A stretch of 64,000 nt of DNA from Trichodelitschia bisporula. Taxonomy: Eukaryota. Under the pieces are notes generated by a model. The model searched no databases, had not been told where the DNA came from, and worked only from the letters and a program-made list of their open reading frames with translations. Of this stretch, positions 12,701 to 24,718 are shown one piece after another. Location: contig ML996693.1 in the NCBI GenBank assembly GCA_010356995.1, positions 806,001 through 870,000 of the forward strand, in the 5' to 3' direction. A program made the position numbers and the translations under genes. Positions within the stretch are counted from its first letter, which is position 1, and each line of letters begins with the position of its first letter.

Positions 12701-13072
12701 GTCGGGATCATCGTCGTCGGCGTCGAGGCCTGGATCTCGTCGCGTGAGATACTCCTGTAGCGCGGGGACGAAAGAGGGCGGACTCCCTTCCTCAACAGGA
12801 GGATTTCGCGCAGGCCGCGCGAGATTGGCGTAAAATTCCGACAGCGCTTCGCGGGACTTGGCGCTGTGGGGATCAAAACCATACGCCAGGGCATCGTTGG
12901 AGCCCAACGAGTGTGCCGGTAAGTCTTCTCTTGAGCTTCCATCTCTTGAATCAACCAACTCGGCGGCGGCGTCCTGTGTTGTTCCTCCGGCGGCTACGCC
13001 TCTGGCACTACCTCCCACGCCATTGCGCTCAGCCCTCGATCGCCGCACCCGGTTCTTTTGCGCGGTCGGCAT
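3791..13072 (-). CDS. Very large (~3,020 aa) K/E/P/D-rich, probably disordered protein of unknown function; 3 exons (13072-12485, 12356-5669, 5583-3791)
   Basis: Three long ORFs join in frame through introns 12484-12357 (GTATGC..CTAAC..CAG) and 5668-5584 (GTGAGT..CTAAC..TAG); spliced length 9069 nt is a multiple of 3. Contains (EP)n, poly-K, ER/K-rich helices and RD repeats. The N-terminal start is uncertain. Confidence 0.75.
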
Positions 13073-14027
13073 TGCGGACGCCGTGCTCAAGGCCTTGTGT
13101 CGAGGGATGAACGGAGTCGGGCTCAGCAGCAGCGGCTCGGGGGGTGGGGGGCATTGGTTTGTGCGCGAGAGCGCGGGGCTGACGGTGGAAGACAGCGGTG
13201 ATGTTGTGTCGGAATATCAAGATGGCCTAAGTATGGGCAGCGTCCAGGGTTTCGCTGGGCTGCTTTCACCTCCTCCGCTCGTTAGTAGACACTCCAGGAG
13301 TCAGTGAGGAGTGACCTTTCCCTCCCGCCTGTGGTTGGGCGGACAAGAGGTAGGTCGTGACGTGGTATGCTAGTGCGCGCGCCGATTGGTCGCGGGCCCT
13401 TTTTTTCCTTCGGCGTGCGAGGTGCGGCCTATTACTGTGAGGGAGTGGGAACTTCGTATGCTCGGAAGTAAGAAATGCACTTCGCGCTCTGAGTCGGCAA
13501 TGAGATTAGGGTGAGTGTCGGTGGCCGCCAGCGGGTGTTTAGATAGCTGCGACGCGGGCCGTAAACACAGGCGAAGCGGGATTGAGAGAGCGAGGCTTCA
13601 ATTGTGGTTCGGTTTTCTTCACCGGAAGCGCAGAACCTAATGTGTGGGTGAGTGTGCAGTAGGATGCGGTGCGGGCGCGCGTGGTGCTGTCTGCTGCGAT
13701 CGCGGACTCGGCAGCGCTACTGAGGGACTAGCACGTAGCCAGGCGCTTCGGAGCGCAAATTGAGAGGGGTGAAGGATGCGGTGATGCTCAACGCGGTCGG
13801 GAGCGCGTCAGAGCGAGAAAGACGTATGTCAAAGGCCGAGCGGGCGCCAAAACGAGGTTGGCAGAAGGAGGTTATGTGGGAAGAAGTGGCCCGACGGGTA
13901 TGATTACGGGAATTGGGGCTCTGCGAGCCTTGGAGGCGGTGGAGGAGGGAGTGGTGAGGGAGTTGACTGGGCGAAGAGTGGTTTGCGCTGGCTGTGCCTT
14001 GTTGCCCGGTAGGTGATGGGGCGGACA

Positions 14028-14078
14028 GTTGGAGTGTGTGTGGGTTGGAGTGTGTGTGGGTTGGAGTGTGCGGGTTGG
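14028..14078. repeat. 16-bp tandem repeat (GTTGGAGTGTGTGTGG) about 3 copies
   Basis: Read directly from sequence, intergenic. Confidence 0.8.
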
Positions 14079-14616
14079 TTGGCGCGCAGACTGGATTTGG
14101 GGCCGCGGCTTGGCTGGTGAGTAGGTGGCGAGTGGGTTGAGGATGTGACCCGTGCGCCCTTGTGTGGTTTAGGGTGGAGGGGTGAAGGATGATGATGGGA
14201 GGAAGGGATGAGGAAGATTGAGAGGGAAGACGAGGCGATAAGTTAGGGTTTACGAGTTTGCCGAGCCGAATCGATGGGTGGCTTTGTACACTCTAGCTTA
14301 AGCTTCTTCTCTGGTCTCTTCCTTGTTTGCGGCGCAGATTCTCGGGCGAGCCTTGCTTGGGTGATGGGGGAGGGGGGTGGATGGAGGGGGGGAGGGGTTG
14401 TACTGTGGTATGTGTGGGGAGAAGAGTTCAAGGACAGGCACAGTTTGTGAGATGGGAGCCTCTACTCTGAGGGGGAGAGTTGGAGGGGTTGTTGGACTGT
14501 GGACTGTGGGAGAGAGTGTGTCTTTGATCAAGTGTGACGAACTAGCCGGCTAGAGGGTCACAAGGCTGTTTGAGGTATGGTATGAGTTTGGGACACCCCC
14601 GTTTGCTCTACTTAAT

Positions 14617-14835
14617 TGGGGGATTGAGGTGGGAGGGGAGACTGGGGTGGAGGGGTGGAGGGGGAGTGTGAGGGGGGGGTGGAGTGTGAGGGGGGAGGGG
14701 AGTGGTGTGGATTGTGGAGGGTGAGGGGGAGGGTGAGGGGAGAGAGTCTGGTACGTAGTAGTAGAGGCGAAAAGCTAGGGGGATGGGGGAGGCTAGGTAG
14801 GGGGTCTGGATAGAGTAATGGGAGGGAGGAGGGTA
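14617..14835. repeat. G-rich low-complexity tract with [18 protein letters not shown] repeats and many G3+ runs
   Basis: Almost C-free plus strand with more than 15 G3+ runs; C/T-rich on the minus strand upstream of the giant gene. Confidence 0.75.
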
Positions 14836-16082
14836 GGACAGGTACATAGGACACGGGTACGGGATGCTGATTCAAGGCAGGTGACAGTAAATGCAGCGAT
14901 GAACGAAGTCTGATAAAGAGAAGAGGAAAAGGAAGCTGGAAAGCGACATGATCGATATCGCGACGTCGACATCAGCAAAACAACAACAAACAACAACAGC
15001 AATTCCCAATCATCTTCCCAGCCAGTTCGCAGTAGCCGCACGCAAAATATTTTCGCTCGTTGGTCTGCGCTTTGTGTGTGTCGCGCCAACCAGCCCCCTC
15101 GCCTTTGCTGCACCGCGCATCCAAGCGCTGCAGTTGGTCTGTGGGCGTAGGTGGTGTCGGGGGTCTTTGGACGACGACGATGATGATGATGGTAAGGACC
15201 GGTGATAATGTGAAGCAAATGAGACCTGGAAAATGAGATTGTACCACGCGTCTACCTCTTTTGCACATATACTCTCCCGAACTTCCCGGGAGATGAAAGA
15301 AGACTTGCATCTTCCGGTTCTTGCGCCCTTACCTTACCTCTTCCTTTTCTTCTCCCGGGCGCACCCCTCGCCCGCCGGCCTCGATAAGCTGCGATTGGCG
15401 CTCCGGCGACGGGCAAGGCGTTCGCGCACAACCCCAGCCCATGTCCCCCGAATACTTGGATGAGAGTCATCGACAAACGTCCAAACGCCACCCGAAAAAG
15501 TCGTGACCATCCTGCCCGGGCAATCTGCGAACGGGGACGGCCACGACCTTTTCGGGGTGCCCTTCGTCGGCAGCGCGCGTAGCCGCGGGGCACCCTCCCG
15601 GCCTGGGGTACCGCAGCCGCGACGGGGCGGCGGGGTATCGGGCTAGCCAGGATCTCGAGCTAGGGTTGCGGGTAGGGAGCGTGGGTGGTGTCTGATCTCC
15701 GTTCTCTCCACGCCGTTCCGCCGGGCTTTGAACGTAACCTCGAGCGCCACGAGGGTTAATTAGTTCTTCGCATGTACCATCTACCTTGTGGCTGCGGCTT
15801 CACCCGCGCGCTGTTGTCCAATTTTTGCTCTCCCGCTGCAATGCATAGGAGGACGCGAGTACGCGTGCTGCTAGTGCTTTGGACATGCGCGGTTGGCTGG
15901 CTGGTGGGTCCGACGACGCGACGCGATGCGCATGGTGGGGCGGGGCGTGTTGCGGTGAAGAGGCGGGGCGGTGATTCGCTGCTGCGCTTGTGGTGGTGAG
16001 GGGCGGAGAATGGAGCGGGGAGATTGGTAGTTGAGGGGCGCCGAACGCGATAAGTTTGCGTGTTTGTTGTTATTTTTGCGCT

Positions 16083-16192
16083 CGGGGTTCACAGTCAGGT
16101 CGCGTGTTCGAGTGCGCGGGCGGGGTTCGTGATCGGGGTTTACGGTTAGGCCTTGCGGTCGGGTTCGGGGTTCGGGGTTCAAGGTCAGGTTC
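16083..16192. repeat. Degenerate repeat, 3 copies of CGGGGTTYAMRGTYAGG with TTCGGGG interspersed
   Basis: Copies start near 16083, 16134 and 16172. Confidence 0.6.
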
Positions 16193-16527
16193 GCGACCGA
16201 GCTCGGGATCCGGTTTGTGGCCGGGTTTCCCCACAACTGTCAGGTTCGCGCTCGTAATCGATTTACTGGAGCTGACACTATCGCAGTCGCCATCGCCATC
16301 ACTATATTATTCTAGTCGCGGTCACTAGCGCGGTCTCGGCCATACTTGCCATCGCTATTGCTATTGTGGTCACCTTCATATCGCCATATCCTCACGGTCG
16401 AAGTCACTTTTCGCGGTCGCTGTTGCAGCAGTTCGCTCCTGGGGTTGCTCACTCACTATCATGGTTAATGAAGAGAGAGATGAAGAGGGAGGGAGATTCT
16501 GGTGCGGCGGATGCGGAGCGAGTGTCA

Positions 16528-16630
16528 CAACTTGAGGGTGTGCGGTCCGAGCTTTCGCAACTCGGCAGTGTGCGGCCCGAGCCGGACAACTCGCGGGTGC
16601 GGCCCGGGGCTCGGCAACTCGAACGGCCGA
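16528..16630. repeat. Degenerate ~29-bp tandem repeat (CAACT...GTGCGGYCCGRGC) about 3.5 copies
   Basis: CAACT anchors at 16528, 16558, 16587, 16615 (spacing 30/29/28, so not codon-constrained). Confidence 0.7.
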
Positions 16631-17210
16631 CTACCGCAGAACGGCTGCAACATGCGGGCTGTGGCCTGTCCTTGCAGTTCCTTCGCCGAAGCCCACCGGA
16701 TGCTAGACGCCGCTCTAGCACTCCATTTCGTTATCGCGTGGGCACTGACAGGGACTGCGCAGCCTTTTTACTGGCCTGGGCGCTGAGTATCCGCAAGGCA
16801 CCAAACTTTCTAGCGCGTCACAAGTCGACCTCAGCCTGGTGTTCGAAAATGACCAAGCTTATGTTGCTTTATTTCGCGCGATGAGCATACCTGGCCTGCA
16901 GGTGCTGCGCTTGTGCCACTCGATCCTCCCCCGTAGAATAACCGTGAAAGGGAACGCGGTCGCGGCTTCGTAACCATTTAGCCCGCTTGTCTTGTCCTAG
17001 TCCCAAAATGAGACTGACATCAGCTGTCGACCTACAGTAGACCCAATAGTAAGCAATGTCAACACTCGCAGCTCTCGTCCCTAGCCTTAATGGAACCGAG
17101 GGAGCGAAGCAGCCTTGCGCCAGCAGCAAAGTCATGTGCGTTCGCATCTGCGAAGAACCTTGCGCAGAACGACCACGATTTTTATCGATGTGTCGGGGCA
17201 GTGAAAATGG

Positions 17211-17315
17211 ACGTTTTGGAGGGTGGTTGGGCGTTTTGGCGGGCGGTTGGGAATTTTGGAGGGTGGATGGGCGTTTTGGAGGGTGGATGGGCGTTTTGGA
17301 GGGTGGGTGGGTGGG
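17211..17315. repeat. 20-bp minisatellite (GCGTTTTGGAGGGTGGATGG) x5 ending in GGGTGGGTGGGTGGG
   Basis: Five consecutive 20-nt units at 17211, 17231, 17251, 17271, 17291. Confidence 0.9.
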
Positions 17316-18170
17316 AAGAAAGTTGCAGGTCGAGATGGCAGGTGATGCTATGTAGATATCGTACGGCGGAAACCGTGCTGGGCACAATCTGCATCCTAGG
17401 CGGGGCAATACAGGATAGATAGAGTAAAGGGTGGGGTAAGCTGTAGGCGATGGCGGGGTTTAGGTTGGGTCTGGCTTTTAGACAATGATGCGTATATGAA
17501 TGTCGAGGCTGCCGTGACTACTTCAACCTTGTCTTTTTCAACCTTGTCCCTTGTCTTGGTAATGCCGGATACTCGCAGGGAAGGCGCCCCCACATACATG
17601 GGTGGGCGAAGGGAGGTTCCGTGTTACGGATGTACAGGGGTCTCTCGACAATGGTTGATCACCCAGTCTGTACTGCGGCGGTCATTACCAATAAGAAGCG
17701 TAGGCTTCCATCCGGAGGTTCTGTCCAGATCTTACATGACGCCTAACGCCTTTTGCAGTATTTCGCCTCGCCGGTATCCTTGCCTGCTCGTTTTAACATG
17801 GCCAGCTTTTTAACATGGCGCCTGCTTCGTGTTTGCGCATTATAAAGATGGTCTCGGATCACCGAACGATGGAGCGGGTTCGATGTGCTGAAATCGCAAC
17901 GAAATTCGCTATAGCTAGCCATCGGTCTTGTTCTTAGACCTTTCCCGACTTGCTCATCAACCGCGTCTGCTTCAGCCTTGCCTGCCCACGTCACCCATAC
18001 AAGCGTTCTCTTCGCAGAGTGTCGAGCACAATTTCCTGATAAGACGAACACATCAGCACCTGAATCTCCAATACACCTCAAGAAAACGCCTCTCACAAGC
18101 AACACAATCTCGCATCTTCCACTCGTCCAAAAAAACATACAGCTGATCTCTCTCCCGCCTCCAAACCACC

Positions 18171-18613
18171 ATGCCCCCCTCATCTCCTTCTCCGCACACA
18201 TCTCCCTCCCCAGGCACGCCTCAGTCCACAAGCCAAAAGCTCGCCTCCCTCGAAACGGAACTCGACTCCCTCAAGTGCCGCCTAAGCGCCTTCGAAGCCG
18301 AAGCCCGCTCCCGCGCAGCACAGGCAAAGCGCACACACACCCTCCGACGTTACCTCACCCGGCTCCTCAGGATTGTCCGCCGTAACCCCAAACCTACCCA
18401 AACCCTCCCCGACCATGCCGCCGAAGCCATCCGACCCATCGGCCCAGCAGAACGCCGAAAGGCCGCCACCGTCCCAACCAAGTACTACCCGCACATACGC
18501 AAGCCAAAGAAGGTACTTCGGCCTCTCTCATCACACCATAGCAAGGGCTAACAGTGCAGGCGCATGACCCCTCCTACGCCATCAGCTTCACTTCCAATCA
18601 ACATTCAGCCTAA
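18171..18613 (+). CDS. Putative orphan protein (131 aa) with short coiled coil; 2 exons (18171-18512, 18560-18613)
   Basis: ACCACC-ATG start context, heptad segment QKLASLETELDSLKCRLSAFEAE, phase-0 intron 18513-18559 (AAG|GTACTT..GCTAAC..TGCAG, 47 nt, typical size here). No family recognised. Confidence 0.45.
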
Positions 18614-19585
18614 AACGCGGGCCGAGCGGGGTAGCGCTTCGGGCCGGGGTCGGGATCCCGATTACAACGTATCAAGGCGCATGATACCCCGCCGTGCGCG
18701 GCATACCAATCAGCAGCCCCTTCCCCCCTCGCGCACCCCCGCCAACCACGAACCCTAGCCCCTCCCCACGCCCATCCTACGCGAACACTCCGCCGCCAAC
18801 ATCTCACGCCAGGGCACGTATCGGCGCACTCCGCCCCGCCCCGCGCACCCAATCCCACTGTCGGGCTTAAAGCACATCGACGGCGAACGCACCCGACGAC
18901 GCGAGGGGAGCAGCTCCCGCCCGCTTCCCACCCGCTCCCGCGATGCGCATGCGGCTCAACCTGACGTGGCGGACCACACCCGGGCGCGGGATGTGCGGTG
19001 CGTGCATGCAGGATGCAGATGCGGCGGTGCGGGCGGGGCCGGGCCAATCCCTGGGGACGAGGCCGAGATTTGATGAGTCGATGGGTGGGAGCGTGGGTTA
19101 CACTACAGTAACTGTCCGCTGCCTTACTGCATACGCTGTACTCTGTACTCTGTACTCTATTCCTCCTCTACACTCCTCCGAACAACAGTATAAACGTTAC
19201 AATTACACACTCTCCACGCTGCGCTGCGCTGCGTCTGCCGCCGCGTTCCTCGCATCGCTGACCAGTATACAGACCTCTCTCCCCTCAAAGCCAATAAGAA
19301 GTCCCGCCGTGCCGAAACATTACCATGGATATATCCCACCGCATAAGTAAGTCAGACCGACGCTCGTCAAACCCCACCCCTCCAACCCTTTCCCGCCCAT
19401 ACCAGGTAGTTAGACAGTTAGAATGAAAAAGAAGCGAGCGTGGATCGCGAAAAAGTGTACAATAAGAAAGAATTCGTGAACCAAGCAAAGTGAAGCAAAA
19501 ACGCTGAAACGCAGCACACCGATCTACGACCGTTTTGAGGTTCCCGTAAAAAAAAGCGAAGCAAAAGCAATACCACCCAAAAACG

Positions 19586-21981
19586 TCACCCCTCACTCTC
19601 CCCATCCAGCGCCCTCCGCGCCGCCTCCAGTCGTTCCCGCCAAACACCCCCCTCATCCCCCCCAGCTCTCGTCCTCAGCCCCCGACACACATGCCTCAAG
19701 CCCTGCACAACCGCCTCCACTAGCGCCCTATCTTCCCCCACACTCTCCGGCCCCACAAGCCCCTCAACCAGCTCCTCAACACTAGGAAGCACAACCTTGG
19801 GACTCGCCACTGCGACCCCCAGCCCAACCGCCGAATCCAGCCTCCGCGTAGCGCCTACCCCCGCGGGCCTAATCGGCACAGCAGGCAGGTACGCCCGGGT
19901 TACCGCCTCGAGCGCCTCGTTCCCCTCCTCTTCGTCGGGGGAATCGCGCCCCTCGGTCGCGGTCTGGAACGTCGCGACCGTGCTGATGGACTCAATGCTC
20001 TGACTCCGGCGGTGCGCGAGGTCAGGCGCCGGGCGGAGGAGCGCGGTGGCGGGGCGAGCAGTGGGGGTAGCGGTCGCACGACCGGGTTGCGCGTCGCCGC
20101 CGGGCCCGGGGCTCGTGGGCCGGGTGGTCTCAGCCGAAGACTCGGAGTGGAAGCTGCCGCGGCGGTCGGCTTGAGAAAAATTCCCCATGGCGCTGTGCAG
20201 GAAGAAATTCTCGTAGTCGAAAGCGTCGGCGCGATCTTCGTGGCGGGCAGCCATGACGGGCATGGCCTCGTGATACTCGCTCTCGCCGCTGAGAGACACG
20301 GAGTCATCGTCCTCCGGGCGGGGCGAGGATGCGTATCCCGCGTGCTGCTCGATTTCGTCGAGTTCCGGCGGTTCTTCCTCGATGGAGTCGAGGAGTTCCT
20401 CCGCGTCTTCGTAGTGGCTTTCTTCATACTCTGGGATTGGCTCAGGGAAGTTGCGAGGAGGTGTGGTGGGCAGCGGACTGGAAGTATATGCGAAGTGGTT
20501 CGACCCGTTCGGCGTCGAGGGAGTGCTCGGCGACGCGCTCGGACTCCACGCCATTCTGCCGTTCGTCGCCTGCCGGCCGCTATACGCATCACCCGAGTAC
20601 CACTGGTCAGGCACGTTATATGGGCTCGGCGCGCTCATATCATGCGAGCTCCGCCGCTTCATGCGATCCTCCTGCGCACGCACCTTGAGCGACGAAATCT
20701 TCCCCTTAAGCTCATCCATCTGCGCGCGCAAATCGCTCGCGCTCGACGTCGAGCGCTGCAAGCTATCAATCGACGGTGTGCGCGACCGGTGCAGCGCCGC
20801 GCTCGCACTCCGCGTCGGCTCCGCCGGCGACAAGGTCGACCCGTCGATCCAGTTCTGCAGCCGGCTTTCGCGCATGACTTCCTGGCTGCGCACGCCACGC
20901 AGCGCAAGCGAGCGATCGAAGTGGCTTACGCCGCCGGCGAAGGAGCCTAGTGCGCTGGAAGCGCGCTTCTGCATGAGAGGCGGTTTGGGCGCGGGCATCA
21001 AGGGTGCGGGCGAGGGCACAGAGGTCTCGCTCAGCACGCGCGAGTGGCCGGCCACGGGCGTGGAAGCGGACGAGAGTGGGGAGGGAGAGAATTGGCGCGG
21101 GCGATAGCCGTAAACGCCCGTGTATCGGGAACGGTCCTTGCCGCTCGGCGGGAGTGTGGGGAATTTCCCTGGGGTGGGTGAAACGAGGAGCGAATGGCGC
21201 GCGCCGCGCAAATTCCCCTCCATGACCTGCACTGCGTCAACATTTAGGCTTCAATGCGCAAGGCGAAACCTACATTTAGACGCTTTTTCGCGTTGGCCAG
21301 AATGATGTCGGCGCGCCGGCTGAGTGCAGCTGGAGAATAAGGGTCGGCCTCATCGTCCTCGGCGCGCGGGCCCAGCCATTGCTCATTGTCGTCGGTTGTG
21401 TCATCGTCGCTACCGACGACCTTAGGGAATGAGCCAAAGCGCGCTTCTTCCTCCTCGCCCAGATCGCTACCCACGTCCTCCTCCACCGCAGACTCACTGT
21501 CAAACCCTGGCCACTTCATATTCTCCAGATCGTCGCTGTGCACCGAGCTGGACTCGTCGCTTCCCCGCTCTCCATTTCCCTTCCACAGAGTCCCCTCCCC
21601 CGTCGTCGGCGCCACATAGTCCTGCAACGTCGGCGACGAAGCAAGCGTCTGCGACCCATACGCCTTCTTCGTTGGCGTAGTATCCTCATCCACCATCTCC
21701 TGCACGCGACTAAGGCGGACCATAGACGGGGATGCGGTGCGAAGGGCCAACGCGCCCAGCCTTCGCACCTGATCGAGCACATCCGCGCTCTCAGTTTGCG
21801 CGGGAGGTGGCCCACGGGGCGGCGCGATACCCGCGACAGTCGTGTTGGCAAGCGTCGACGCGTACTTTCGGCGTGGCGGCGAGGGCGTGAAGCCGCGCGA
21901 AACGGGAAGGATCATGTCTGGGTTGGTGAGAGTGGGCGAGGGCGGCTGCAGCATGGTGACGAAGTCGAGATCGGGAGCCAT
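19586..21981 (-). CDS. Conserved-looking fungal hypothetical protein (S/P-rich, coiled coil); 2 exons (21981-21274, 21226-19586)
   Basis: ORFs 21244..22173 and 19586..21232 join via intron 21273-21227 (GTAGGT..TTGAC..CAG) giving ILANAKKRLN|VMEGNLRGAR; blocks PPSPTLTNPDMILP, LRAQMDELKGKISSLK and HEDRADAFDYENFFLHSAMG look like conserved islands. Confidence 0.75.
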
Positions 21982-23126
21982 TGAGGCGAAGCGCGCGCGC
22001 ACAACGTCTGCCGGACGCGGCAGCCGTGATGCATGCGAGGAGGATTGATGATGTGAATGGATCAGGGGGGGGTGGAGACTGTTACACGATGACGGGTGTG
22101 TGCAATTGGGCGGATGTCGGTGCGGGTGAAATGGAGTAGATAAGTACAGACGAGAAGGAAAATTTAGGATCAAGGATTAGACTAGAAGAGTAGGTAAGAG
22201 AGAAGGAGATTGGGACGGGGTAAGTGGAAGGAAGTGAGAAAGGAAGTCGTTGACGATGCGCTGTAGTGGAGGGAGACGCACACTACGGTAGACATGCAGC
22301 TGGTGGCAGTGAGAAAAGGAGCTCGGCTCCGTTGGCGGTGTTCAAGTCTTCACATTTTTCGAGCTTCCCGTGCTCCCCCAGTCTCTTTGCGAATAAAAGC
22401 CAACCCTCTCGCTGCATCACCTGCATAAGCTCTGATGCTAGCACACCTCTTCTTCCCACCCCTTCAGCACATCGGCAACTCCTAATCACCACAGATGAAG
22501 CTCATTTAACAGCCCCTTCGCCTCACCTTCCGGTGATTGGCTGCTTTTTCCCTTCCCATCACAATTCTCAAGGTCCCCATGTCCATAAAATGGAGGTTTA
22601 CTTTAGAAGAAAAGGGCTACTTAGCACTCTCACTTACAACCCATTATTGCTAGCTGTTCGCTCCGCACATGTGGCATTGCAGTTCGTGCGTTGATCCATC
22701 ACAGGGATGGAGTCGACACAACCCACGAGTGTATGAGACACGTGGAGACGTTCATGCCTGAGCTTTTCGAGTCCAAGGCGTGGCGTTGGCTGATAAGATA
22801 GGAGCATTACTAACGAGGCCCTCCCCGGGCGTCATCACGGACTACATTTTGCCTGCAATCGACACGGAGCCGGCCCGAGGAGCGGCATACTTCGCATCGG
22901 CCTGCCGACCTCGGAGGAGCAATCTACAATCAAATCCATATGACTGTCTAACAAGACGACCCTTACGGGACGACGCCACAGAAAAATACAAGTCACGAGA
23001 GCGAAAAAAGAAAGCATATGATCATGGTCGCGCGACCTTTTACCGTAGTGTTACATACCCCCGGGCTCTGTAGTGAGGGGAGTTGTCGTGAGTGAGTTAT
23101 TCCATGGCCGAGTATTAAGTAGAGCT

Positions 23127-24427
23127 CTACCGCTGCGTAGCCTTCTCGAACGACTCCAGAACGGAGCTGCCGATGTCGCTCGTACCCTTTGACACGTCTT
23201 CCACTTCATTCTCGAGCTCCTCAAACCGCGGGTTCTTCTGTGCCTTACCCGAAGCAATCTGCTGCGACTGGTTGACCTTGCCGTACACTGCCATTGCGCT
23301 AGCAATCATGCCACCCATGTCCCCGACATTGCCGGGTACAATGACGGCCGTGCCCTCCTTCGCCAGCTTCGCGAACGCATCGACGTAGCGCTCGGCAACG
23401 CTGAGAGCGAGCGCACCCTGTGCCGCATCCTTGCCCTCAGCAATCGCTGTGGACACGGCGTTGATGCCTGCCGCTGTAGCCTTCGCCTTGAGCAGGATCG
23501 CCTCAGCTTCACCATTCGCCATGTTGATCTGTTCGGAACGCATGGCCTCTGAAGCCAGGATGACGCTCTGTTTGCGGCCTTCGGCAACGTTGATGGCGCT
23601 CTGGCGCTGACCCTCTGACTCGAGAATCTCCGCGCGCTTGCTGCGCTCCGCAGTGACCTGGCGGTGCATAGCCTCGACAACAGGGGCGGGTGCGTGAATG
23701 TCGCGAATCTCGTAGCGTAGACAGATCACGCCCCACTCCTTAGCTGCCTCATTGATGGCGACCGTAATGTTTGAGTTGAGGTTAGCGCGCTCCTTGAGAA
23801 CGTGGTCCAGGGTGAGCTGGCCGATCTCGGAGCGCATAGTCGTCTGCGCGAGCTGCGCGATGGCGTATTCGGGATCTTCAACACCATAGCTATACTTGTA
23901 AGACATATAATTGATTACGAGTGTGACGCAACCTACCTCGACTTGTACGCATCGAAAACCCGCGTGTATAGCACACCGTCGAGATCCAGCGTGACGTTGT
24001 CAGCCGTAATGGCACTCTGGCTGGGAATCTCAATCGCCGATTCCTTCAGGCTCCGGACGTAGGCTATCCGATCGATGAAGGGGATGAGGATAGCCAGGCC
24101 AGGCTCGAGTATGCGGTTGAATTTGCCCATGCGCTCCACGACCCATGCTGTCTGCTGGGGAACGAATCGAATGATGGTGTTCGCGGGGAGGGAGGGCCGC
24201 TTGAAGTAGGTAGTCGGAGGTCCGCCTTGCATTTGCGCGCCATATGCTCCGAATGGCTGCATCTGGCTGGGCGCCGAGTTGCGAGAGCTCAGAGCATAGT
24301 GCCGACGGAAGCCTAGCGGAGACTGAGAACTGAGGGCGTATGCAGAATGTAGAGGAAAGACGCGTCCCCTAGTGCTGCGCAGCACGCTCCTTACGGCTGT
24401 TTCCACTGCCTCGGTGGCGAGCAGCAT
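23127..24427 (-). CDS. Mitochondrial stomatin-like SPFH/band-7 protein (SLP-2 type); 2 exons (24427-23937, 23889-23127)
   Basis: FVPQQTAWVVERMGKF, IPSQSAITADNV, AQLAQTTMRSEIG, AERSKRAEILESEG; R/S-rich presequence-like N-terminus; intron 23936-23890. Confidence 0.92.
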
Positions 24428-24718
24428 CGTGGTGGTTGATGTTGTTGGACTTGGTTGAGAGTGAAGCTCCTCGGGCAAGTCAATGTTACTACAGGCAGCT
24501 CCAAGCCTGTGACGTGAAAGCGGTCGGAACAACCCTTTTCCGTCGGCAGGTGCGACCCGCAGCGGCGAATGAAGCAGGAACATCCCATCGATCGTGGTTG
24601 CCCAAAGTTGCGAGGAAACGGAATAGTACCGCTACTCCTGACGACTCGGCAGTTGTCCTTCTAGCGACTCACCCACGAGCTGCTCCAGACCGTCCAGCTC
24701 ATTGACTATCCGAAGAAC

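Noticed and set aside
16366..16884. 172-aa ORF across the 29-bp repeat
   Set aside because: Repeat spacing 30/29/28 is not codon-constrained and no protein family is recognisable.
16083..17315. CRISPR-like array or interstitial telomere
   Set aside because: Eukaryotic context, contiguous degenerate units without unique spacers, no cas genes, and no run of perfect TTAGGG.
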